NCBI RefSeq assembly: GCF_036321535.1
Contig: NC_087439.1
Coordinates: 68,882,001-68,946,000, forward strand
Source of the DNA: Camelus dromedarius
Taxonomy: Eukaryota
DNA length: 64,000 nt
Direction: 5' to 3'
The notes under the pieces are model-generated. The model made no database searches. It had not been told where the DNA came from and saw only the letters and a program-made list of their open reading frames with translations. Position numbers and translations under genes: made by a program. This document shows, piece by piece, positions 40,861 through 54,045 of this stretch; position 1 is the stretch's first letter; every line of letters starts with the position of its first letter.

Positions 40861-42782
40861 TAAATAAGGACTTAAAACCTTGCTGTTCGGGGAAACAAGT
40901 CTTTTAAGTCTTTCACTGATTTAAAGGAAGTAAATTTATAACAAATTGTTTTTCAAATTGAATTTTGACATTTCTGGTCTTTTCCCATTATTTTCGAAAT
41001 TCAATGGATAAATGCATGGAATTTATCAGAATATTTCTTGACATTTTAGTTCCATTAGGCATATCATTTAATATTAGTTAAGCCTTGTTATGATTACAGT
41101 GCTATTTAAAATAAAATTATGAGAGAGAAATATTTTGGGAGAGGAAAAATATCACTTGCCACTTATTAAATTGAGATTTTAAAAGCCAAAGAAAGGAAGG
41201 GGTACTTATAAGTTGCAGGTGACCTTTAAATGTCATACTCACTAATATATAAATGTAAACACAGAAAAATGTAATGTCTCGTAATAATAGTAAACTGATC
41301 AATACAATTACATTATGGGATCTGTGATATTATAAATTATGCTTTCAGTCCAGAATATCAATAGCTTTTTAACACCTTTTAAGATCAAATTACAATGCAT
41401 TAACTATCGTATAGTTAGTTCCCTGAATGTTATTTCTAAGTGTATAGCTTACTTCAATTACTTGGACAGCTCCAGGTACTAAACTGCTAAATATACAAGT
41501 TTTTAGAGATAAATTATTTTTAATAATTATTTTAAAAATTTAAGAATAAGTTTACTATCTCAGTAAAACAATCCTTCAATGAGATATACTTTAATAATTT
41601 GAATAATGTTGTTACTTTTAATCTTGGCTTACTTTCGAAAGTTAGTGAAACATGACTTAAAGGACAACTGGTTACTTGTGTAAATTTGTTTTTAACTGAA
41701 TTACACAAAATAAACAGTACATAGTGTTGTAAAAATGGGGGGAAAAAAAACAAAAAACGTTGGGTAGATACTCTTATAGTTTTCTAGGCCACTTTGATTA
41801 TTTTCCCTTTCTGCCTCAATTCCATTAGTAAAGGGTCCAGCTTTGGCGATTATATTTAATATATTAACAGACTGTTCACTATGCTCTCCTCCAACTCTTG
41901 AGTGTTCAAAGCAACATACACATGTATTTACCCAGTGTAGAATTTTTCCTGTATAGTATAACAATTCTTGTTGGAGGCACAGAAGATGCAGAGGTTTTCC
42001 TAAATGCCTCAATTATATATTTAGAAGAAGCAAAATTACTTTTTGGATAACCTGTAAGACATTAAAAGAAATTACATCTTTCCATCACTAAATTGGCCAA
42101 CACACTACTTCCACAGTTCTCACAGCTTGAGAACAAATACTACGAGAACCATTGGCCTCTAAAGCAAGAGTTTACGACTTTACGAGGAGGATCTGGGCGA
42201 ACAAGATGTCCCATTTGAGGATGCGAAAAATATAAAGATGCTCTTCTACACCTTCATTTAAAGGTTCCACTGAAGAGGACACAAAGACCCAGCACGTTAC
42301 CCACACACCTTACATGAGTTCCAGAGTCCAGCTAGGGCTTCTGAACATGCCTTGCTCACTTACACACACTCTTTTAGAGCTCCACTTAATTTTCACTGGT
42401 CCTTGACTTCAGGGACAGAGCTGGAGACAATCTTTGTCATCATTTCAGTAGTCGCCCTGGACCTGACCCAGCTCACACATGTAGTAAATGTTCACAGCAT
42501 GTGTGGGATTAAAGTAAAAACAGCAAAGTGTAGACCAACTGGTGTAAGCAAACAGCATCTTTCTACCTGATCTCCTGCCTGTCACTGAGGGAGGATGGCT
42601 CACAAGACTGAAATTCCAAGGACCCCATCAGTTATAACTTCTGTGACTGTGACTTGTACCAATCAACTTTCTAAGCGGAGGAGTAGAAGCTGGGGGCTGG
42701 CCTCAGCAGGTCAAAAAATCACACCTGCGGTGAGCAGCACCTTCAGGCGTTCCCTTAAGATCTGTTCCCTCAAACAACTCCT

Positions 42783-43521
<739 letters not shown>

Positions 43522-43660
43522 CTACCTCCCAGGTGGCGGGGGCCGGGGACGCGGCGGTCCGGCGGCCGGGCTGCTCCTCCAGGTCCTGCTCCTGCTCCCG
43601 CTCGGGCCCGGCCCAGGCGGCTGCTCCGCGCCCGCCAAAGCGAAACTGCCGGCCAGGCCC

Positions 43661-43694
43661 GGCCTTGGCCCTGGCCCTGGCCCTGGCCCTGGCC
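43661..43694 (-). repeat. (AGGGCC)4 hexanucleotide repeat with degenerate flanking units in the 5' leader
   Basis: Plus strand ggccttggccctggccctggccctggccctggcc. Confidence 0.95.
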
Positions 43695-43741
43695 GCCGCG
43701 GCTGTGGGGCCGACCCCAGGCCCCGGGCTGGAGTGGGTGGT

Positions 43742-43759
43742 GGCGGCGGCGGCGGCGGC
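43742..43759 (-). repeat. (GCC)6 trinucleotide repeat in the 5' leader
   Basis: Plus strand (ggc)6. Confidence 0.95.
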
Positions 43760-43862
43760 GCGCGGGGCCGGAGTTGGGAGGAAACTTTTGCGCCGGATCC
43801 CAACTCCTCCGCGGCGCGCCGCGCTCTGGGCTCCCGCGGCCCGCGGGCCGGCCTGGGCCCGG

Positions 43863-43935
43863 CTCTTAAAGGGGCCGCGGCGCTCCGGGTCGCGCCGCAC
43901 ACTCGGCGGCGCGGGGCGGGGGCTGTGCGGGGCGG
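43863..43935 (-). promoter_or_regulatory. PARD3B: Putative core promoter: TATA-like TTTAAGAG (43870-43863) and two Sp1/KLF GC boxes (43913-43922, 43929-43935)
   Basis: Motifs visible in sequence with the usual order and spacing for a minus-strand promoter. Function not shown. Confidence 0.55.
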
Positions 43936-44589
43936 TAACCGGAGCCCGGAGATTCGTCCCCTCACTCGGTCTCTCCCTGGCTCTGTCCCTCCTGCACACA
44001 CACCGGGCTCTAGGGAATTGTAACGGGACCTCAGAGCTACCCACGGGGGGATTGAAACCGGATCTCATACAGCACACTCGAGGGACTAGCTGGGCGACTG
44101 CAGAGCTACACCCTTAAAACCAGGAGATTGGAGCAAGATTCGAGGAGAACCCGGGAGCAGGTGCTTCTCGCCACGCCCATCAAAAACACCCTGAGGCGTG
44201 AAGGCTCACAGGTACTGAGCTGCAGGGATGGCCAGAGGACCTGTTGGGAACTTAACACAGCATCGCAATTGCCTTCGGAAGCCCGGAGATGGCAAAACTA
44301 AAGGGATTCTTGGAGACAACGCGTCAGTGGAACCGTTTCTTTTACAGGCGAGAGCATTCACTATTCTCCCAAAGGTCACATCCCAGACCCAGATATGATT
44401 GTGCATGTTCACATAAATACTTCTGAAACTTGCTTCCTGTTGTACATTTGACTAGGAAAAAAAATTTTTTTTCAACACATTTAGGCTCATGTTGTGGCAG
44501 GTATGTATCCGTCACCAATTGATATCGGCGTATTTGGGGGAAAAAATTCAACATTAACATCTTTACCATTCTTAGCTCACACATCAGTG

Positions 44590-44730
44590 AGCTCCTTTGA
44601 GCCTAAAAACAACCCTGTAAGGCAAGCATTGTTCTTCTCATTTTATCATGAAGAAAGGTGCTCCTGGATGTTAAGGGAATGAGCTGACCACGGAGTTAGT
44701 TATGCTAAAAGGAATTCAATTCTTTCAACG
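44590..44730 (-). mobile_element. MIR fragment
   Basis: aacaaccctgtaaggcaagcattgttcttctcattttatcatgaagaaagg. Confidence 0.6.
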
Positions 44731-45059
44731 CTGAATCTCTGGTCTCCCCACACAGTTTTCTTCACAATCCAGTTCATCCAACAAGTTCCTCAAGGCTACA
44801 TCATTCCTTTCTTTAAAAAAGGAATTTGTTCCTACATCAAGATGTACTTAAATTAAATTTGAATTGCCTAGGACAGTTTGATAAAGCACAGGATATTAAA
44901 TTAATGAGCTCATGGATTTTGAGAGTTTTAAATTTTTTAAAATTTATTCATATATGCCACAAATATATTGTGTTTTCTATGTACAAGGCCTCATATAAGG
45001 TCAGTGGCATCAAAGAGGCTCATGCAAGTTGATTTGAAGAGGATGTAGACTAGTATTAA

Positions 45060-45430
45060 TTTGGTTGCAAGTCCAATACAAACAAATTTAAATAAACTAA
45101 AGACAGGATCTATTTCCTATTAAAATCAGAAGAGCCAAAGAGCACTGCTTTGAGGCAAGATTGAATCAGAAACTCAAACAATGCCTTCAGGGGCCATCTC
45201 TCTCCATCTATTGGCTCTGGGTTCGTCGGTGTGTCTCCATTCTCAGACAGGTTCTCCCCAAAGGAGGCAAAGATGGCCACCCCAGTGTTTTAGGTTTACA
45301 CAGCCTTCAAGTCAGCCATCTCAGACATCAGTGAACCTTTTTCTGGTGAGGACTTGCATATCCAAGCTTATGTCACATACCCTGATTGGCCAGATGTGGT
45401 TCACCTGCCACTAAATCATATGGACTGAGA
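45060..45430 (-). mobile_element. Old MaLR LTR (MLT1J/K-like)
   Basis: cattctcagacaggttctcccc..gcaaagatggccacc..ccctgattggccagatgtggttcacctgcc matches reverse MLT1J/K motifs. Confidence 0.65.
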
Positions 45431-45654
45431 ATAAGAGAAGGATGAACCCCCAACAGATGGGATAACAAAGAAACAATTAGCCATCACAAAATGTAAGATT
45501 GCTTCCTAACCCTCCAAAGTCTTATAGATGGTAAGGGATGCAGGGCTTATAGATGAGAGAAGTTAAATAGAAACTACAAAACAACAGTGAATGTGATCAT
45601 TCTACTGAACGTTATTGATTTAGATCAATACCAGGCACTGTGCTAGGTGAAGAT

Positions 45655-45710
<56 letters not shown>
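45655..45710 (+). repeat. (GATA)14 tetranucleotide microsatellite
   Basis: Perfect 56-bp tract. Confidence 0.98.
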
Positions 45711-47554
45711 CTACTTATGTACATATATACATACATACGTAAGTATGCATAATGTATCTACATCTTATTTTACTTTGCAATATTACAAGAGAGATACTTT
45801 TGTTTTCTTCCTTTTGAAGACAAGAGAACTGAAGCCAAAGGAGGTTAAGATCACATTCCCTGGAACTAGCAGAGGCTGGATTAGAACCCAGGGAGTCTGA
45901 CTGCAGAGTCTCATAATAACGGCTGTGCTGATCTTACACCGGTATGTGGGCAGTACCAAACGAGAAAAGCAAACAGACAAGTAAATACTAACACACTGCG
46001 TTAATAGGTGACCTTCTTTTAGTATTGAGTATTATATAGACATGGAGAATGGTACAGAGCAAAGATTTTTAGCTGGTGAAATAACCTTGCATGTTACTAT
46101 TCCTTATGTTTCATGGCTTTTTTCCCCCCACACTTGCTCCAGACTCCTCCTCTTCTGCTCAGATAATGAATAGCTCCTGCTCTTCTTCACATCACAAGCA
46201 TCCTCTTAGACCAGCTTTAGCCCCTTTCCAATTCTTAGAGCCCTGACCCAACTCCTGGCTTTGAGAAGCCCCAAGTGAACCATGAAGAACACGCAGGCTC
46301 TCCAAATCCCACTCCCAGAAAGAGCGGAATCAAGACTTGCGGATGCAGCTGAGGCTGTGAGGTTGTGAGATGAAGGAACAGACAAGCTAGACAGCAAGGC
46401 GCGCATATGAACAAAGCATTGGGCAATCCTGAACACCGGAGAGTGAACCTTAATGACCCAAGTTAGCACTTATAAAGAGTTTAGCGTTTACCCCTCATGT
46501 TTATTAAATAGATTTAATTTGTTATTCAACCTTATCACAGCATGTATAGAAACCGTTTATCATATATTAAGAAGTGACATAAAAGAACATAGTTACAACA
46601 CATAATCATGCCCCGCAAATTCCTAAATCAGTATTTCATGCCCCGTGGGACCTCCTGGGCAGAAGACAATAAGTAATTTGCCTTGACTGAGTAACACTAG
46701 AGGATTCTAGGCCTGGGCTCCATTTTCTTGTTTTGCTGGTTGGATGGGTAAATATTGTCTGTGGTGTGATATTTTCTCATTTGTTGTCCAACAGCTTAGC
46801 CCGCTTTGGGGTAGCGAGTGAAAATGTGTTATGCAGGGAACAATAATATTGGCCAGTATTATTAAACTGCTCTGCGTTATGGAACGTATAACTAAAATGA
46901 CAGGTACCATTAGGTATATATTGAAGAAAGAATAATTTTTAATACATAGTTGACCTGTCATCCATTCTGCTGTTTTGTACTCTTAAAAAAATATTTTTAT
47001 CTTTCAAGGAATTATTTATAATAAGCACTATTTATCACAAAAATTAATTGAAGATTGTCTTTTTTCTAAGACTCTTAGAGCAATTATATAATAGATTATG
47101 TTCTTAGCTTCCTTATGAAGGCAGGTGCCAGAGTGATAGCATAAGAGAAAAAAAGAGAAAAATGGGTATGATTTTTTCATTCTTTCCTTCCATATTTAAA
47201 AGCAAAGGGTTTGGGTTTGTTTTTTGTTTTTTAACTTGGCAAGAATGAGTTTTTCTTAAGAGGTGTTTGTCTCCAAATACCTTATGGCATTCATTTGTTG
47301 AGTGTTTCTATAGGTTTCCTTAAAACATAAATACTTTACACCCTGAAGGGAGTATTGTGGGCTATCAGCTTTTTGAAAGGTTCTTATTTATGCCTGTTCT
47401 GTAAGTAAGACTCATCAGTCTCCACAATGATTCACCTGGACCACCCATCCTACTAAATTATACCCTATCAATATTAATATCCTACTTTGATTTGTGTTTT
47501 TTTGAAAATGACCTGAATCATGAAATGAGTGCCTCTTTAAAAAACAAAGTAAAT

Positions 47555-47714
47555 GGGGGTGGTTATAGCTCAGTGGTAGAGTGCCTGCTTAGCATGCACA
47601 AGGGCATGGGTTCAATATCCAGTACCTCCTCTAAAAATAAATAAATAAATGAACCTAATTACCTCCCCCACAAAAATTTAAAAAATAAACAAATAAAAAA
47701 TAAAATAAAATAAA
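47555..47714 (+). mobile_element. tRNA-derived camelid SINE (Vic-1-like)
   Basis: Head ggggtggttatagctcagtggtagagtgcctgcttagcatgcac with A box and degenerate B box (gggttcaatatcc), followed by the aataaataaatgaacctaattacctcccc segment and an A-rich tail characteristic of camelid SINEs. Confidence 0.85.
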
Positions 47715-48619
47715 CCAACACAAATCAAGGAAACTGTTCCAAAGATGTTTCATTAGAAGTTGATCATTAGATGTTTTTCTTTATTGTGTGATCTCCTGGT
47801 CTGAAGTGTATTAGGGCCCATGAGTGCTGATCACTAGGACTAGGTCCTACTCAGAGTAACACCAGGTCCTCCCACCACTAGGTTTCTGTGACAGAGTTAA
47901 GAAGGAGGCCATAGGCAATGGTCAGGGGTGCTCTCAAACAAGCTCAGTTACCCAAGGATAGACCCTGAATGCAGGTGAGGTTGTAATCAAGGCTTCTCTT
48001 TTCAATTCTACACACTTTTCCTAAGGCCTCCGTCTGCCCTTCATTTGTATCCCTTTACTTTACTTTGAGAAGTGAGTTGGTGTTCCTCAGGAGGTAGGTA
48101 ATTGGCAGGAGGTAGAGAAAGAGCTGAAATTTGGCACCAGATGCTTCAGTGTATAAAAAGATGGCAGGCAGAACCAGCAGACCGGAGCTAGATAGAGCCG
48201 TGTGTCAAAGTACTCCATCACTTACCATCTATGCCACCGTAGCCAAGCTTCACTGTGTTCCTTTATGAAATGTGATGATAATCCTATTTTAAGGTCTAAC
48301 ATACGTAAAGCACCCAGCACATAGAAGGCAAAATGTATTGCCCTCCTCTGACTTGTATTCTATTTATTGGCATTTCTGCACATCACTTATTTTCATAGGG
48401 CTTGAAACTACTTCTAAAAAGTAATAAATAATACTTGGAAGCTACACACCATCATTGTCATTAACAATTCCTGAAGTCCAAGTACTATTTGCTTTGTAAT
48501 GAGGGTGTCACACTCATAGGAAAAATAATATGATTTGTGTTCTATTACACAATTTACAAGTTCTTTTTTTAATTTGATCCTCCAAAAACTAATCCTGGGA
48601 CAGAATAGTCTATGAGAAT

Positions 48620-48760
48620 CATAGAACTGTGGAGCTGACAGGGGCCTTGGAGATTATTGGTACAATCTCCTCATTTTATAGATGAGGAAACTAAGGACTA
48701 GAAAGGTCAGATGACCAGCCACATTCCGCACCCAGACCCTCTAGTTCACAGTCCAGTGCT
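48620..48760 (-). mobile_element. MIR fragment
   Basis: aatctcctcattttatagatgaggaaactaaggactaga. Confidence 0.75.
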
Positions 48761-48939
48761 TTTTTTTTCTTCCTGTCTGCCTGGTAGTGAAATGTAAGAC
48801 AACAGATATGACCAACGTTAGCTCAAGGCTTTGGGCTTTCTTTGGGCCAGAAGGTGATCATAAGGAGCTCATTCTTTTATCTGTTCCTGCGGTTTCAAAT
48901 TTAAACTTTAGATTCTGAACCCTTATTCTTGCCACCATG

Positions 48940-50400
48940 ATAAATCTCAGAAAGAGTTGCTGGGTGTTGAGATGACTATTACAGAAAATAGAAAGCCATG
49001 AGAGGCTATTAAGCAGGACAGTGACATGATCAGACTTGTGCCTGGAAGAATACAGGGGACTTAGGAGACAGATAAAAGCCCCTACTTAGTTCATTCATTC
49101 CATCATTCATTTCTTTATTCAGCAATATTTGCTCAACACCTGTAATCTGCTGAACACAAAGTGGTCACAAAGCTTAGACTCTAGTGAGGAAGACAGATGA
49201 TAAATGACTAACCAAGTGAACGAAATATTTGCAGATTTTGATAAGGTGTAAGGAAGGGTATAAACAACAGGCTGTGTGATAAGGAACAGTGGAGTCAGAG
49301 AGAATCTGTTTAGATTGGATAAACAAGAGGAAAAAGGACTTTGCAAAGAATCCCAAGAAAAAGGGACAGCAAATGCAAATAGTCCTGAGACAAGACTGAT
49401 TGGTGTGTTAGGGGAATTAAAGGGAAGAATGTTTGGTTGGAGCATTAATAAGTGAGGAGAGGGAGGCAGGGAATGAGGTGGAAGACATTGTCTCCAACAG
49501 TGACTCAGGTGACATAGGTGATGAGGAAGGGTAGATGGGGGAGATCTGTCAGGATGTGTGACAGATCAAAGATGGCAAGCTTTGGAGGAGGAGTCGGGAA
49601 AGGCTCAGGTTTCTGGCTAAGAGGTGACATGATTAATTAAAGCGAGAGAATCCTAAAAAGGCTGCAGGAGGACTGGGCATGGTGCGAAAAGAAGAGTGAG
49701 TTCAGTTTGGGATATTTTGAGTTTGATGTGCTTGCAAGGGAGCCAGGTACAAGTGTTTAATTATCTGGAAATATAAGGTTTGAAGCTCAGGAGAGAGTCT
49801 GGGGACTAGATATTTAGATTTAGGGGCCAGAGATTTGGAGGTGAACTCATCAGATTGGAGGAGATCATCTAAAAAAAGGAGTTTAGAAGGAAAAGACAAC
49901 AGGGCTTAGACTAGAATCCAGGAGAATGGCAATATTTAAGATGAGAGAGACCCAGGGAAGTGACACATGTGTGTCAGTTATTATTTTTATTCTATATATA
50001 ACATATTATCAATATCAAAGATGTGATAAGAATGGATGCTGCTGCCCTAGAGAATACTCAATGGTAGAGGACAGGAAATTGAATGTTAAGAATGGAAGGC
50101 AAGATAGTTTGACTGGAACAGATAGGCTTCATGGGAGCACAGCATAGGATATAAGGTTATAACCTTTATAAAGATATGGGAAGAAGGAAGTGACTGAGGG
50201 AAATAATTGAGGGAGAGCTACAAAACCTAGACTAAGGAATCTGGATCTGTTTCATCAAAGAAATAGCCTCTAGGTGCTTGAGCAAAGGAGTAATATTCAT
50301 AAAACAGCATTTGATTGTTATTACTCTGACATCTTCATGTATAAAAAATTACAGTAGAAAGTAACTGAAAGCTGGGGGAGAATCCAAAATATGATTGCTG
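48940..50400 (-). mobile_element. L2 fragments (discontinuous)
   Basis: ttcattcattccatcattcatttctttattcagcaatatttgctcaacacc (3' end) and gagttcagtttgggatattttgagtttgatgtgc..gctcaggagagagtctggggactagatatttagattt. Confidence 0.7.
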
Positions 50401-50499
50401 GAGTAAATTGAATAAAACAATATTTAAGTGAAACATCGTATATGTACATAATTGTAGAATATCCCAAACTGTACTTGTGTTTATCCAAAGTAGTGAACT

Positions 50500-51020
50500 A
50501 TATAATTGCTTACAGTCCAGCCCTACTACTAATCCCGTGCTGGGGCAGCAGGGGGGAGGGGTGCCACATGACTCGTCCCTTATCTCAAACAGAGGGAATC
50601 CAATACAAGCAGTTAATTACTCTGCTAATGGGAGGAGCTGAAACACAAACAGGAAATGCAAAGCAAACTAGAGATTTGCCACAGCAGGAAGCTGCTTCTT
50701 TCTCTAGGACTGGCTGGATGCAGGGAAGAGGTTAGTGTTAGCAGAACCCAGAAGCTGGGCTGCTCTGCAGGAGTTGAATCCACAGCAGGGACTGACTGCC
50801 TGGCAGAAGCTGGGGGCACAGAGAGAGGGGCTGTTCAGAGGAGATCTGGAACTGTAAGGGGTTGTGTCAAGAAAACACAGCCAGAGGAGAGACAGAGACA
50901 GAGAGACAGAGACGCCCAGACCCTGGGATTCCTTTCTCCTGCACTCCACGCTCCCACCAGTGTCTCACGTTTGCTAAACTAGCTGGAAGCCATTTACAAG
51001 GAGAAGGGCAGGGAAATAAC
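50500..51020. mobile_element. Possible old ERVL/MaLR-class LTR
   Basis: GC-richer ~500-bp block with LTR-like composition, cacatgactc motif and gagacagagacagagaga run. Family not identified. Confidence 0.35.
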
Positions 51021-51999
51021 TGGGAGCAAAAGTAACAACTGGCCCAAAAGGTCTTTCCTGGCAGGCTTCTACAGTAATTCACAAACAAAGCTTTTAAGCC
51101 TCACAAATATTTTTGATTTAGGAAAGGTGCTAATAATATTTTCAATTCAATTTGGTATGTTTAGGAAAATACGTTTTTCCTAGCCTAGGCTAAATTCACA
51201 CTTTTCTCAAGAGAAAGTGCTTCGACATTTTAACAGCAAAATGTAAAAGCTTTTCCCTGATTGCTGGAGTAACTATTAATTTCCATCATTTAAGAAATAA
51301 AAACATTCCTACTCTTGCTCAGTCATCAAACCCAAATTAATAGCTTTGTTTAGCTTTGATTACACAGGACTATAAGCAGCAAACCTAAAAATCCTGTTAA
51401 TTTTGAATGCTGAAGATGTCTAACTACAATGCTATCTGATAATATTTCATTTAATTTATATGATATAATTTTAGACACTAATCCATGGATTCACGATGGA
51501 AGCTTTGAAGAGTATCCAACTTTAAATTTGTGATAAGCATAAAATTATTTGAGAAATCCATTAATACTTTAGCACATGTCTGCATGAATAATAAGTCATT
51601 TTTATTTCAATACTATCAAGAAAACTTGATTGAATTAGAATTTTTCCTTTAAGCATGTGCAGTCTTGTTAGGACATGTTAGTTACACCTTTTTGCAATGA
51701 TCTTCAAACTTCTCTTTATATAACCAGAATATAAATATAAGAAAGAATTTAAATAAGTTATACATGGAGTTATCAACATATCTCACAAGACTCAAAAGGG
51801 ATAACTTCACAGCAAATAAAAAGAGCTATCAATCTGTCAAATGGACAATAAACTTTTGTTACATGATACCTCCAAATGGTGGTGTAAACAATGAGCGGTG
51901 TATGTTGGTCATGACCTCTAACAAACTTCATCAGCTTTTTCTCTACATTCCTTTGCTGTATTCCCAATATAGGCTCTTTAAAGGACTAGGATAGCTACT

Positions 52000-52410
52000 G
52001 ATTAGACCCAGAGTAGCCCCTAATTCAAGGACATCCATCCATAAACCAACCGATGACCCATGACATAACCTGATATTAAGAGCTATACCTGGGAAAGTAA
52101 TTGGTGATCAGCAAAGCCAATCAAACTGGCTCCTTTCTAGTAAGTAGGCTGGAGACTAGAGAGATTTGGCTGCTCGTTAGTGAAAGAAATGAAAGCCCAT
52201 TTCAATTCTTGAGGCCCCCGTGGTCCATGAGAAAGGAGAAGGCACTACTGGAGCTGCCTTCATTGACCTGTTAGTACCAGTCCCCAGGCATTATCACGGT
52301 AACAACCACTCTCGACCCAAATTATTTTGTCATTACATTATTCTGAGTGAGGCCAATCTTTAAACCAAACCAAACAACTATCTGTAGCAAAGAACATAAA
52401 TACTAATACA
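52000..52410 (+). mobile_element. Old MaLR LTR (MLT1J/K/L-like)
   Basis: aagccaatcaaactggctcctttct..ctatctgtagcaaagaacataaatactaataca (typical MLT1 3' end actaataca). Confidence 0.5.
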
Positions 52411-52837
52411 TTAAAGAAGAAATAAGTTCATAAACAATAAGTTAATGATGGCCAAGCCATGGACCCAAGGGTTTTAAAATATATTGTTGTCAGAAGGAAC
52501 CCAGGACATACTAGGAGTGAACTGCATTATAAATGGGAATAACCTGGCAGTCCATGGATACTTCAATAAATCCGGAAGAAAGAAAGTTGGAAAGTCAAAC
52601 ACTAGTTTTCAGGAGTTGCTATGGATATCAGGATGGGAAAATCCAGCCTAAGAACAGAGTCAAGGCCTGTGACTTTTCTGCATTCCAGAATAGAGAGATG
52701 GGTGTGTCCATCTGAAGTCTCAAATAAATTAAGTGTATTTGAAGGTTGTAAATATGGCCAACACACCCAGAGGCAATGCAAATGCATTCTTAAAGAACAT
52801 GTTAGGAGGAACTCCTTGGAAGAGCACTGAACCCTAC

Positions 52838-53299
52838 TGTGGTAACAGTGTAGGCTGTGATGCATCACATAGATCCCCTCTTTAGGACTCTGAGCCCTCA
52901 TTCTCCTGGTGCTGAGATTGTTCCTGCTGAGGCTCTCAGCTGAGTTGCTATCCAGGAATTTCTCATAATGGCATAGAGCCTCCCTGACCCAAATCATGTC
53001 TCATTCATGGTGCAGCCCACACACCCACATTCACTGAGTGATGTATGGTGGGGGAGAGAGGTGGAGGGCAGGGCCTAAAGAAGTTCCAGATCCCCTCCTT
53101 AAAACTGGTCAACTCTGAATGGTCATCCCAATTATAGTAGACCTCTGTAGAAAAAGCATCACTATGCAATTCTTTTCTCTGCACAATCCTACTTCCTTCA
53201 CTTCCATACAAGAATTGACTGTAAGTACACTCCCCAAAATATTTCTACATATGGATCTCCATCTCATAGGGTGTTCTCCAGATAACCCAACCCAAGACA
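52838..53299 (+). mobile_element. ERVL solo LTR (LTR33-like)
   Basis: TG..CA termini (tgtggt..cccaagaca). Internal agatcccctctttaggactctgagccctcattc, ctctcagctgagtt, caactctgaatggtcatccca and gcacaatcctacttccttcact match LTR33. Confidence 0.8.
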
Positions 53300-54045
53300 T
53301 AATGTAATAAAAGAACTTTGTTAAAAATTCACAGATACGATGATTTGCACGTAAATAAGGGCTCAGGTAATGACTGACCAACCAACTTAAAGATAAAAAT
53401 GCATGGATAAATAAGTGAGACAATATACTGTAAATGTCTCGTTATTTTTTTTAAAAGTGTGGGTAGGGGAGAGACAAGCAGAAAATGGAGCCTAAACCAA
53501 AGAGATTTCATTGATAATAATTCAGTCAAGGTGGCTCACATTGGACTTGATACAATAGCTAAAACTTCTATTACCTGAGGGTCTTTGAGCAGGGCTCCTA
53601 AAGGCATAGAAGACTCAGTCTGAACTTCCAGAGTCTCAGGAAGGCAGCCACTGCAAGAAAAACACACCTCTATTGTCTCTATTCTACCTAAAAATATTAT
53701 TTGAATTTTGCATTTGACCCCATAGTACATCCATATTGTATTAATTAAAAAATATGTTTTAGATTCTGTTCCATCAGGACAAAAAGTTTCCTCCCCATCT
53801 CTCTGGCTAAAGGATAAGATGCTACTTCAGTTAGTCTTTCAACTTCATCCAGGCAGTTTCTCACCTCTGCCTTAGGTTTACAATATTTCATGAAGACTAT
53901 AATCTAAATATGTGTATAAAAATAGATTCTTTACAACTTTATGAGCTAGACCAGAGTAATCACTGAGTAAACACCCATTCAGTTGTTCAGTAACTATTTC
54001 TCAAGGGATTACTACAGGTCAGGTTCTGTTTGAGGATACAAAGAG

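Noticed and set aside
47555-47630. tRNA-like sequence
   Set aside because: Degenerate B box, no proper acceptor stem, and it continues into a SINE body and A-rich tail. It is a tRNA-derived SINE, not a tRNA gene.
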